DNA of 64,000 nt from Nitrospirota bacterium (lineage in GTDB: Bacteria; Nitrospirota; UBA9217). Both the position numbers and the translations under genes were made by a program. Location of the stretch: NCBI GenBank assembly GCA_963741205.1, contig CAVUHW010000027.1, positions 96,001 through 160,000 of the forward strand, written 5' to 3'. Each line of letters opens with the position of its first letter. The first letter of the stretch is position 1. The notes beneath the pieces are model-generated. The model was not told the DNA's origin. It made no database searches and was given only the letters and a program-made list of their open reading frames with translations. This document shows, one piece after another, positions 52,906 to 61,382 of the stretch.

Positions 52906-54225
52906 ATGCTGGCATTCGACATCATCCTGATTTTTTCCTTGATCATCCTGAACGGATTTTTCGCCGCGTCCGAGATTTCCCTCATCTCGCTCAGAAAAAG
53001 CCGGGTCCGTCACCTCGTAAAGACCGGTCATCACGCCGCGAAGAGGGTGCAGAAGCTCCAGGAGGAGCCGGAGCGCTTCCTCAGCACGGTCCAGATCGGC
53101 GTGACGCTGATCGGGACGCTTGCCGCGGCGATAGGCGGCGTCATCGCGGTGACGCACATCAAGCCGCTCTTTCTGTCAAGCAGGTTCGTGTTTGTCCAGA
53201 AAGCGGCCGAACCTCTCTCCGTGGCAGTCGTCGTCGGCCTGATCACCTATGTGACGATCGTGATCGGGGAACTCGTCCCGAAATCGCTCGCAATCCGGCA
53301 CTCGGAGAAGATAGCGTTTTTTACGTCGGCGTTCATCGATTTTCTCTCGCGGACGCTCTCCTTCATACTGCGGGTACTCACCCTTTCGAGCAATTGCGTG
53401 CTGAGTGTTTTCGGGCTGGAGCATGGCCAGGAGCCGAACTTCATCTCCGAGGACGAGGTCAAGTACCTTATCCGGGAAGGCCGAAATACCGGCGTCTTCG
53501 AGCCGTCCGAAGAGGACCTGATCCACAGCGTCTTCCGCTTCACCGACACGGTGGTGAAAGAGGTCATGGTGCCCAGGACGGAGATCGTCGCCGTCGAGGC
53601 GGACAGCGACATCGACACCATCCTGCGCACCATGAATGAAAAAGGGTTTTCCCGGCTGCCGGTATACAGCGAGACCATCGACAACATAATCGGCATCGTG
53701 TTCCTCAAGGACATCCTGACGCTCCACATGGAGAACCGCCCGCTCACGCTTGAGGACGTGCTCAGGAAACCTTATGTCGTACCGCCGAACAAGAATGTGA
53801 GCGTTCTCCTGAAGGAGATGCGCGAAAAACACATTCATCTCGCCCTCGTGGGCGATGAATACGGCGGGACCGACGGCCTGGTCACCATGGAGGACTTGAT
53901 CGAGGAAATCGTCGGGGACATCCGCGATGAACAGGAAAAGGAACTGAGGGAGATCCATGAGATCGCAGCAAACCGGTACATCGTCGACGGCAGGACGGAC
54001 ATCGGAAAGGTGAATGAGAAACTGGGTGTCCAGCTCCCCGAGGACGAATTTGAAACCGTGGGGGGCTTTGTGCTGGGTCTCTTCGGAAGACTGCCCGCAG
54101 AGGGCGACCAGGTCCGTCACAATAATCTGCTGTTCACCGTGCTCCGGCTCCGGAGAAACCGCATTTCCCGCGTCCGGGTGCTGAAATATGCACCGGAAAA
54201 CCAGGAACCTGAAGAAGAGAGTTGA
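52906..54225 (+). CDS. Hemolysin/CNNM (TlyC-CorC) family protein
   Basis: NGFFAASE, GELVPK, VMVPR, FSRLPVY, DEYGG, EDLIEEIVG. Confidence 0.92.
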   Translation: MLAFDIILIFSLIILNGFFAASEISLISLRKSRVRHLVKTGHHAAKRVQKLQEEPERFLSTVQIGVTLIGTLAAAIGGVIAVTHIKPLFLSSRFVFVQKAAEPLSVAVVVGLITYVTIVIGELVPKSLAIRHSEKIAFFTSAFIDFLSRTLSFILRVLTLSSNCVLSVFGLEHGQEPNFISEDEVKYLIREGRNTGVFEPSEEDLIHSVFRFTDTVVKEVMVPRTEIVAVEADSDIDTILRTMNEKGFSRLPVYSETIDNIIGIVFLKDILTLHMENRPLTLEDVLRKPYVVPPNKNVSVLLKEMREKHIHLALVGDEYGGTDGLVTMEDLIEEIVGDIRDEQEKELREIHEIAANRYIVDGRTDIGKVNEKLGVQLPEDEFETVGGFVLGLFGRLPAEGDQVRHNNLLFTVLRLRRNRISRVRVLKYAPENQEPEEES

Positions 54226-54470
54226 ACCACGGGTCCCGCGCGGACGCGAGACACACGGATAGCATAAAGAAAAACAATTTGCGCGCAAAGCCGCTAAGTC
54301 ACAAAGAAAAAACAAATCATGTTTTCGGTTTAAATTCAAGATTCCAAAGATGTTGATTCTCTTTGCGTGCTTTGCGACTTTGCACGAGACAGGCCTAAGC
54401 AATTACAATTTATTTTAAGATTTAAATCCGTGTTCATCCGTGCGTCCCGTCGAAGACGGAACCCGTGGTT
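54225..54470. repeat. Composite nested inverted-repeat element (MITE-like)
   Basis: Terminal AACCACGGGTCCCG / CGGAACCCGTGGTT; ACACGGAT/ATCCGTGT units; inner CGCAAAG/CTTTGCG units. Confidence 0.75.
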
Positions 54471-54500
54471 ACATGTTTTTTAGTTGATGAAAGGGTGACA

Positions 54501-55385
54501 ATGACGACACCGCTGGTACTTGAGACAAATCTCCAAGGACTGAAACCGCCCCGCCGGGGAAAAGTCCGGGACATCTACGACTTGGGCGATACCATGCTCA
54601 TCATTGCGACGGACAGAATCTCGGCATTCGATGTCGTCCTGCCCAACGCCGTTCCGGAGAAGGGAAGGGTCCTGACCCAGATCTCGAAATACTGGTTCGG
54701 GCAGACCGAAAAGATCGTAAAGAACCATGTGATCTCCACGGCGGTAAAAGATTTTCCTCCGGCGTGCAAGCCGTACGCGGCCATCCTTGAAGGCAGAAGC
54801 ATGCTCGTAAAAAAAACGCAGCCCCTTCCCGTGGAGTGCGTTGTCCGCGGCTATCTGACCGGGTCCGGTCTGAAGGAATATAAGGTAATGGGATCGGTCA
54901 GCGGCGTCAAACTGCCCGCAGGCCTGACGGAGGCATCCCGGCTGCCGGAGCCGATCTTTACCCCATCGACCAAGGCGGAAGTCGGAGAGCACGACGAGAA
55001 CATAGATTTTAATACGGTGGTAAAGCTAATCGGCAAAGAAACGGCGGACAAGATCAAATCCTATACGCTTTCGATCTATACAAAGGCGTGCGAGATCGCG
55101 GAACCTAAAGGGATCATCATCGCCGACACGAAACTCGAATTCGGCATCTATCAGGGCGAGGTCATCCTGATCGACGAGGTGCTCACGCCGGATTCCTCCC
55201 GGTTCTGGCCCCGGAACGATTATAAAGTCGGAGTTTCGCAAAAGAGCTTCGACAAACAGTTTGTCCGCGACTATCTTCTCTCCCTCACCTGGAACCAGAA
55301 GCCGCCGGCCCCGGTCCTTCCCGACGACGTAGTCATGAGAACGAGCGAAAAGTACCTTGAAGTGCTCAAGATGCTGACGAGCTAG
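54501..55385 (+). CDS. purC: SAICAR synthetase
   Basis: [55 protein letters not shown]. Confidence 0.97.
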   Translation: MTTPLVLETNLQGLKPPRRGKVRDIYDLGDTMLIIATDRISAFDVVLPNAVPEKGRVLTQISKYWFGQTEKIVKNHVISTAVKDFPPACKPYAAILEGRSMLVKKTQPLPVECVVRGYLTGSGLKEYKVMGSVSGVKLPAGLTEASRLPEPIFTPSTKAEVGEHDENIDFNTVVKLIGKETADKIKSYTLSIYTKACEIAEPKGIIIADTKLEFGIYQGEVILIDEVLTPDSSRFWPRNDYKVGVSQKSFDKQFVRDYLLSLTWNQKPPAPVLPDDVVMRTSEKYLEVLKMLTS

Positions 55386-55396
55386 GGTTCTTTTCC

Positions 55397-55464
55397 CGTT
55401 ATTTCGGCTTGCCTGCACCTAGTGATTACGAATGCTTGGCGCGAGTGCAGGGTGTCCGGAATCG
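55397..55464. repeat. REP-like hairpin with a 44-bp mini-element inserted (55411-55454, minus strand)
   Basis: CGTTATTTCGGCTT[insert]GTCCGGAATC. Confidence 0.75.
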
Positions 55465-55486
55465 TTTCCAATTTTTATCTGTAAAT

Positions 55487-55569
55487 CCCCCTCAGGCCAA
55501 CCCTCCCCGGAGAGGCGATGGGGTCTTTAAAGTCCTCTCCCCTGGGGGGAGAGGATTGAGGTGAGGGGA
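55487..55569. repeat. CCCTCTCCC..GGGAGAGG palindrome-family element
   Basis: CCCCTCAGGCCAACCCTCCCC...CCTCTCCCCTGGGGGGAGAGGATTGAGGTGAGGGG. Confidence 0.65.
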
Positions 55570-55680
55570 TGGGATTCTCCGCCGTGCAAGACAAGAAGCG
55601 AACCATTTAACTTATAATAATACAAAGACCTACCCGTTCGGGTAGGTACCCGTTTTATCATCAATAACCGCTCATCCTGC

Positions 55681-55708
55681 TTGACAATACGCAGAGCATC
55701 CGTATAAT
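55681..55708 (+). promoter_or_regulatory. Consensus sigma70 promoter inside the IS remnant
   Basis: TTGACA-16nt-TATAAT. Confidence 0.65.
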
Positions 55709-55859
55709 CAAACTACCCTCAATGATAGCTTTTTGTCTTAACGCAAGACAGTTTCCAGCAGCTTGCTGAAAACCCTCGAATGTCCATCGAGCAATGATAA
55801 CGCGGCTACGAGACCATCAATATTAGATGCCTAGACCGTCCATATAATAACTTGTTAAT

Positions 55860-56190
55860 CTGAAAAAAAGCCACTTGCGAACGGGTCAAAGGCAAGGCCG
55901 GTCTCAACAAGTCCATACTCGAATCAGCGTGGGGCAAGGTAAAGCTCTTTACGACGTACAAAGCCTCGCGACGCAACAAGCTCGTTATCGCCATACCGCC
56001 GCACGGCACCTCACAGGAGTGTTCGAAGTGTTCGCACACTCACCCGGACAATCGTCAAAGTCACAGGCGGTGTTCGATTGCCAGAGCTGTGGCTTTACGG
56101 AAAACGCCGATACCAATGCGTCTCTGTTATCAAGAAGCGCGGCACAAAAAAATGCTCGTATCTGGCGAAATCACCGTAAAGCATAGGAAA
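55860..56190 (+). pseudogene. tnpB: TnpB C-terminal remnant
   Basis: KAGLNKSILESAWG..YKA, then PHGTSQECSKC..NR, SQAVFDCQSCGFTENADTNAS in shifting frames; N-terminal part missing. Confidence 0.85.
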
Positions 56191-56465
56191 CGCGCTATGC
56201 GGAGCTAAGGAAGAAGGAAACACTAGGCCGGGAACCGGCCGAAGTTACGCGCGGGGAGAAGCGGATAAGACAGGCAACCTGGGAACTACCCAGGGACTGC
56301 ACGCTTCTATGATCCGTGAAACCCCCACTGCAACCATGTAATTGGTTCAGTGGCGGGTAGTTCATGAGCGACATCCATTCAACCGACACGCACGGATACT
56401 CGGAAGTGACCTGGTCAAGGTGAGTTCTAGCGCATTGAGGTTGTGAAACATTTCGGCAATAACAT

Positions 56466-56552
56466 TGCTAACCAGTCAATAAACCTGACCGGAATTAAGC
56501 GCGTTCTTAAAACGGGCAGCGCATCGGTCGGCAGGTTATTTTACCGTTAGGC
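56466..56552 (+). other. Integron attC-like recombination site
   Basis: TGCTAAC...AATAAACCTGACCG / CGGCAGGTTATT...GTTAGGC with unpaired extra bases. Confidence 0.7.
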
Positions 56553-56621
56553 TTTCAATCTCGCTGGATCAAGTACTCTAAGCCCGAAGGGCATTGAGAA
56601 TAAAAAAAGGAGCAATACCTA

Positions 56622-58505
56622 ATGATGACAGTACTGATAGGAGGGATTGTCTTATGTTTAGTTGTTGTTTTAATTGTTCTGCTGGTTATCATTAAAGGTT
56701 TTTGTTTGATTGATGCCAATCAAGTCGGCATCCTTACTAAAAACATGTTTGGCAAAAAAATGCCTGAAGGACAAATAATCGCGCGTCACGGAGAAGTAGG
56801 GGTTCAGGCGAAGACTTTGATGCCAGGGCTCTACTGGAGGTTACCTATAATCTGGTCATTTACCAAAGTTCCGGTAGTGACGGTAGATATTGCCAGTGTC
56901 GGTATCGTCGAATCAATTGACGGCGAACCACTGCCGAAAGGCAGAGTGTTAGCCGATGAGGTCGAGAGTAATCAATTTCAAGACGCAGAGATGTTCTTTG
57001 CCAATCATGGGGAAAAGGGACCGCAAGTTGGGATTCTGCGTCCAGGCACCTACCGGATCAATTCCAGACTGTTCAATATTACCAAAGCTCCCGCGGTAAA
57101 AATAGATGAGAATACCATTGGTATCGCCGTTGCTAAAGATGGCATCCCCTTACCCACTGGCTATGTCATCGCTCCGAAGGCTCGCAACGATGACGGTACC
57201 GAAGCAGACCACAAGTCTTATCAAAATGGTCAGCTCTTTATCGATAGCAAAGGATACCGGGGACCGCAGTTGGATACCTTGCAACCGGGAATATATTACA
57301 TCAATCCGAACTTATTTGACATTAAAGTCACCGATGTAGCCGAGGTCCTTCCCGGATATGTGGCAGTAATCAGGTCTAATGTGGGGTTGGAGCTGGAGAG
57401 AACACCGGCAGGGCCGGAGCTGACTACCAAAGAAGGAAAACTCGGCGGTCCGATCCATGAAGATGTTGAGAAAATACTGATAACCGATAAATATACCCGA
57501 GGCATTTGGAGAGAGCCGATAGCACCTGGAAAATACAATATGAATTCGATTGCTTTCACCGCATATCAGGTGCCTACTTCCGCCGTTACCATCGATTGGG
57601 CAGGCGAGGGGAAAATCGGGACAGAGGTAAAGGGAATTAAACCAACGGAAGCCAAGGCTGCGGGGGTCCTGTACAGTTTTGATCCCTTGAAGGTGACTTC
57701 TAAAGACGGCTTTCAACTGGAAGTCAATGTTCGAATGGTGATTCGAATTCAACCCGGGAATGCGGCTTACATCATAGCTCGATTCGGGTCAGTGGCCAAT
57801 CTGATTGATCAAATCGTACATCCGCTGATCGATTCATCTTTCAGGAATAAAGCCGGCGAGAAGAAGGCGATTGACTTTTTCCAAAGCAGGACGGACCTGC
57901 AGACCGAAGCATTGGCACACGCCAAAGAAAGATTTTCTGAGTACAACGTAGAGGCCCAAAACCTGCTCATTGCTTATATCGATATACCGAAGGATTTGTT
58001 GGATACTCAAACCAAGAAGGAGATTGCCAATCAGCAGCAAGCCCAGTATGACCAGGAGGCGCTGGCTCAGGAAAAACGCATTGCGGTCATGGAAAAATCG
58101 TCCCGGGCCGATAAACAAAAAGATGTTATTGATGCCAAATTATCTATCGACATCAATAATGACAGGGCTGAGGCCATGGTTAAGGAAGCTGACGGGAAAA
58201 GGCGCTCTGCGATTCTCCAGGCTCAAGGGACTAAAGAATCTACAATACTGGTGGCTGATGGCAATTCTTACAAAAGCAAGATTGAGGGCGACGGTGTTGC
58301 CGCTGCTTACAACGCTCAGAAAGAGGCCATTGGTCAGCAGAATGTAGCGATAATCAAACTCGTTCAGGAGATAGCGGCTGGTAAGATTCAGATCGTGCCC
58401 CAGGTCCTGGTTGGGGGTGGGGAAGGCTCAACGAGCGGCAACCTATTCAATGCATGGTTATCTCAAATGATTTCTCAAAACGCACCGAAAAATGAGGAAA
58501 AATAG
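56622..58505 (+). CDS. SPFH/band 7 (flotillin-like) membrane protein
   Basis: N-terminal TM, repeated GPQ..L.PG.Y.IN units, SKDGF, coiled-coil tail, IVPQVLV; visibly lower GC than flanks. Confidence 0.85.
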   Translation: MMTVLIGGIVLCLVVVLIVLLVIIKGFCLIDANQVGILTKNMFGKKMPEGQIIARHGEVGVQAKTLMPGLYWRLPIIWSFTKVPVVTVDIASVGIVESIDGEPLPKGRVLADEVESNQFQDAEMFFANHGEKGPQVGILRPGTYRINSRLFNITKAPAVKIDENTIGIAVAKDGIPLPTGYVIAPKARNDDGTEADHKSYQNGQLFIDSKGYRGPQLDTLQPGIYYINPNLFDIKVTDVAEVLPGYVAVIRSNVGLELERTPAGPELTTKEGKLGGPIHEDVEKILITDKYTRGIWREPIAPGKYNMNSIAFTAYQVPTSAVTIDWAGEGKIGTEVKGIKPTEAKAAGVLYSFDPLKVTSKDGFQLEVNVRMVIRIQPGNAAYIIARFGSVANLIDQIVHPLIDSSFRNKAGEKKAIDFFQSRTDLQTEALAHAKERFSEYNVEAQNLLIAYIDIPKDLLDTQTKKEIANQQQAQYDQEALAQEKRIAVMEKSSRADKQKDVIDAKLSIDINNDRAEAMVKEADGKRRSAILQAQGTKESTILVADGNSYKSKIEGDGVAAAYNAQKEAIGQQNVAIIKLVQEIAAGKIQIVPQVLVGGGEGSTSGNLFNAWLSQMISQNAPKNEEK

Positions 58506-58686
58506 AAAATACCGATTGGATCATCGTGACCGGCTTGTTTCATTGTACTCGTGACCCACGAACGGTCGAGTCTAAACTGGCAGACCGGAAATGAGTTTAA
58601 CCAGCGGATCAAGATCGTCGCGGAGAAGCGCCGCATCAGACGGCTGATTGCTGGCCCGTCGCACTTGCCAGACAGGGAGGAATACA

Positions 58687-59334
58687 ATGTCGAAACTCCG
58701 CGTCCAAAGCTTCGCGATTTCCATCGACGGTTACGGTGCCGGGCCGAACCAGGATCTCCAGAATCCTCTCGGCGTTGGGGGCACTGAGTTGATGGAGTGG
58801 TTCTTCCATACGCGCGTATGGCGGAGGATGCATGGCCATGACGACGGAGAGACGGGAGTCGATAACGGAATCGCGGAACAAGGCTTTGCCGGAATCGGCG
58901 CGTGGATTCTTGGGCGCAACATGTTCGGTCCTGTCCGGGGTCCGTGGCCGGACGACAGCTGGAAGGGGTGGTGGGGCGACGAGCCGCCATATCACACGCC
59001 CGTCTTCGTGCTGACACATCACCCGCGGGCGCCGCTTCGGATGGCGGGAGGTACCGAGTTTCGCTTTGTCACCGAAGGCATTCGCGCCGCTTTGGAGCAG
59101 GCGATTGCTGCAGCAGGCGGCAACGACGTCCGCCTCGGCGGAGGTGTAGCCACTATCCGGCAGTATCTGCGCGCGGGCCTGATTGACGAGCTGCATCTCG
59201 CCGTCCGGCCGGTCTTACTCGGTTCCGGTGAGCATCTCTTGAACGGCATCGATATGCGTGCTTTGGGCTATGAATGCGCGAAGTACGTCGCGGGCGAACG
59301 TGCGGCCCACGTCTTTCTGCGAAAGCGCGCGTGA
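58687..59334 (+). CDS. Dihydrofolate reductase / RibD C-terminal family protein
   Basis: SIDGYGAGP, ILGRNMFGP, GWWGDEPPYHTPVFVLTH, GGGVATIRQYL, LIDEL. Confidence 0.9.
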   Translation: MSKLRVQSFAISIDGYGAGPNQDLQNPLGVGGTELMEWFFHTRVWRRMHGHDDGETGVDNGIAEQGFAGIGAWILGRNMFGPVRGPWPDDSWKGWWGDEPPYHTPVFVLTHHPRAPLRMAGGTEFRFVTEGIRAALEQAIAAAGGNDVRLGGGVATIRQYLRAGLIDELHLAVRPVLLGSGEHLLNGIDMRALGYECAKYVAGERAAHVFLRKRA

Positions 59335-59469
59335 TTCGTCCGGCTCGCTCGCGCCTCGACAGCGACGCGCCATGTGGCGCGCACCGGCGCCCGGTTCAGC
59401 TTTACGCAGGACTACTTCGACGCTATCTGCGGCGATCTCTCAAAGGTTACGCTGGGACGGGCCATTGCG

Positions 59470-59600
59470 CCACCTCGACGGCGCTGCCGCTGCTTACACC
59501 CGTTACGCTGGAGAACCGCGGAGGGGCCTGCGGCAGGAAGGCGCCAGCCTTCCAGAGGCTGCTCGCTGACCTGGAATCAGGACGTTAGATCTGCTGTCAG
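59470..59600 (+). pseudogene. Possible serine recombinase N-terminal remnant
   Basis: AAYTR and PAFQRLLADLESGR fragments. Confidence 0.35.
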
Positions 59601-59715
59601 CAACACGAGGTCTTGCTGCTTGATTTTCAATATCTCCACGGATAGTTAAAGAAGAATCCGGCCCTCTCTACGCACCCTGTCGACTGTTCGACTGGTGCTC
59701 GTCTACCCTTTGTTC

Positions 59716-59744
59716 TTGACGATTCCGCGCATAATCAGTATAAT
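59716..59744 (+). promoter_or_regulatory. lysS promoter
   Basis: TTGACG-17nt-TATAAT. Confidence 0.7.
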
Positions 59745-59782
59745 CCGCGTTGGTTTATTACTATGGCTTGAAAAGGAGCAGC

Positions 59783-61333
59783 ATGGAAGATTACAACGAG
59801 CTGATCCAGCAGAGGTTCAAGAAGCTTGCCGAGATCAGCGCGAGCGGCGTCAAGCCGTATGCAGGAAGGTTCGATGTCACGGCATCCGCGCAGATGCTGG
59901 CAGATACCTACGGTCAAGCGACCAAAGAAGACCTGGAGAAAGGCCGCATCGAGGTCACGGTGGCCGGCAGGATCGTCGCCATGCGAAGCTTCGGCAAGGC
60001 GTGCTTCAGCCACATCCAGGACGGCTCGGGCAGGGTCCAGCTCTATTTCCAGAAGAACACGCTCGGCGAAGACCGCTACGGCCTGTTTAAAAAGATCGAT
60101 ATCGGCGATTTCATCGGCGTAAAGGGATTCCTCTTCCGGACGAAGACGAACGAACTGACGGTGGAGGCTGAAGACTTTACCCTTCTGTCAAAATCACTCC
60201 GGCCTTTGCCGGAGAAGTGGCACGGCCTCACCGACGTCGAACTCCGCTACCGCCAGCGGTACGTGGATTTGATCGTCAACCCCGAGGTCAAGAACGTCTT
60301 TATCCTCCGCACGAAGATCGTGCAGGCTATCCGGAGCTTCCTGAACGCCCGCGGCTACCTCGAGGTGGAGACGCCCATGATGCAGACCATCCCGGGCGGG
60401 GCCACGGCCAAGCCGTTCAAGACCCATCACAACGCCCTGGACATGGACCTCTATCTCCGCATCGCGCCGGAGCTGTACTTAAAGCGGCTCCTCGTGGGCG
60501 GCTTCGAGCGGGTCTATGAGATCAACCGGAATTTCAGGAACGAGGGCATTTCCACGCGGCACAATCCCGAGTTCACGATGCTGGAGTTCTATACCGCGTA
60601 CGCCGATTACCGGGTCCTCATGGACATGACGGAAGAGATGATCAGCACGGTGGCGCGGGATGTCCTCGGCACGACTGAGCTCGAATACGAAGGCCACAAG
60701 ATCAGCCTCGCGCCGCCCTGGAAGCGGATCACCTACATGGATTCCCTGCGTGAGGCAGGGGTGTCCGAAGACGTGCTCACGGACGCGGGAAAGGCCGAGG
60801 CGTACGCCCGCAGCCTGGGCGCGTCGCTCAAGGGCGGGGAACCCCTGGGCAAAGTGCTGAACGAGATCTTCGAGGCCCTCGTGGAGCCGAAACTCATACA
60901 GCCGACCTTTGTCACGGATTACCCCACGGACATTTCGCCGCTTTCCAAGAAGTGCGACGACAACCCTGCTTTCGTTGAGCGGTTCGAGCTGTTCGTGATG
61001 GGCCGGGAGCTCGCGAACGCCTTCTCGGAGCTGAATGATCCGATCGACCAGAAGGAGCGTTTCCTGAAACAGGTCACGGAACGCGAGGCCGGGGACGAGG
61101 AAGCGCACCAGATGGACGAGGACTTTATCCGCGCCCTCGAGTACGGCATGCCTCCGGCGGCGGGAGAAGGCATCGGCATCGACCGCCTCGTGATGCTTTT
61201 GACCGGCTCCAGCTCCATCCGGGACGTGATCCTCTTCCCGCAGATGAAGAAGGAAAAAACAGTGAATACATGTTTTTGCCACAGAGCACACGGAGATCAC
61301 GGAGGGAAGAAAAGCCAGAGTGTTTGCCTGTAA
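59783..61333 (+). CDS. lysS: Lysyl-tRNA synthetase, class II (true stop may be near 61265)
   Basis: RYRQRYVD, YLRIAPELYLKR, FRNEG, HNPEFT, ERFELF, GIGIDRL, ILFP. Confidence 0.97.
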   Translation: MEDYNELIQQRFKKLAEISASGVKPYAGRFDVTASAQMLADTYGQATKEDLEKGRIEVTVAGRIVAMRSFGKACFSHIQDGSGRVQLYFQKNTLGEDRYGLFKKIDIGDFIGVKGFLFRTKTNELTVEAEDFTLLSKSLRPLPEKWHGLTDVELRYRQRYVDLIVNPEVKNVFILRTKIVQAIRSFLNARGYLEVETPMMQTIPGGATAKPFKTHHNALDMDLYLRIAPELYLKRLLVGGFERVYEINRNFRNEGISTRHNPEFTMLEFYTAYADYRVLMDMTEEMISTVARDVLGTTELEYEGHKISLAPPWKRITYMDSLREAGVSEDVLTDAGKAEAYARSLGASLKGGEPLGKVLNEIFEALVEPKLIQPTFVTDYPTDISPLSKKCDDNPAFVERFELFVMGRELANAFSELNDPIDQKERFLKQVTEREAGDEEAHQMDEDFIRALEYGMPPAAGEGIGIDRLVMLLTGSSSIRDVILFPQMKKEKTVNTCFCHRAHGDHGGKKSQSVCL

Positions 61334-61370
61334 TTTATGCTACTTCTCGTGTCTCTGTGACCTCTGTGGC
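61278..61370. repeat. Inverted nonamer arrays (CACAGAG/CTCTGTG family)
   Basis: GCCACAGAGCACACGGAGATCACGGAG ... TCTCTGTGACCTCTGTGGC. Confidence 0.75.
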
Positions 61371-61382
61371 TAACGATCTTTC

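Larger units (their letters stand above)
55623..56364 (+). mobile_element. Internally deleted IS200/IS605-family element (left end approximate)
   Basis: Hairpin ACCTACCCGTTCGGGTAGGT; tnpB fragments; right end CCCCCACTG..CAGTGGCGGGTAGTTCA. Confidence 0.7.

Noticed and set aside
59578-59595. GTTAGAT as the right end of another attC site
   Set aside because: No matching upstream complementary boxes; the segment fits a recombinase fragment better.
61255-61333. LysS C-terminal extension with Cys/His residues
   Set aside because: It is read-through into the nonamer repeat; one fewer A in the homopolymer gives EKQ-stop near 61265.
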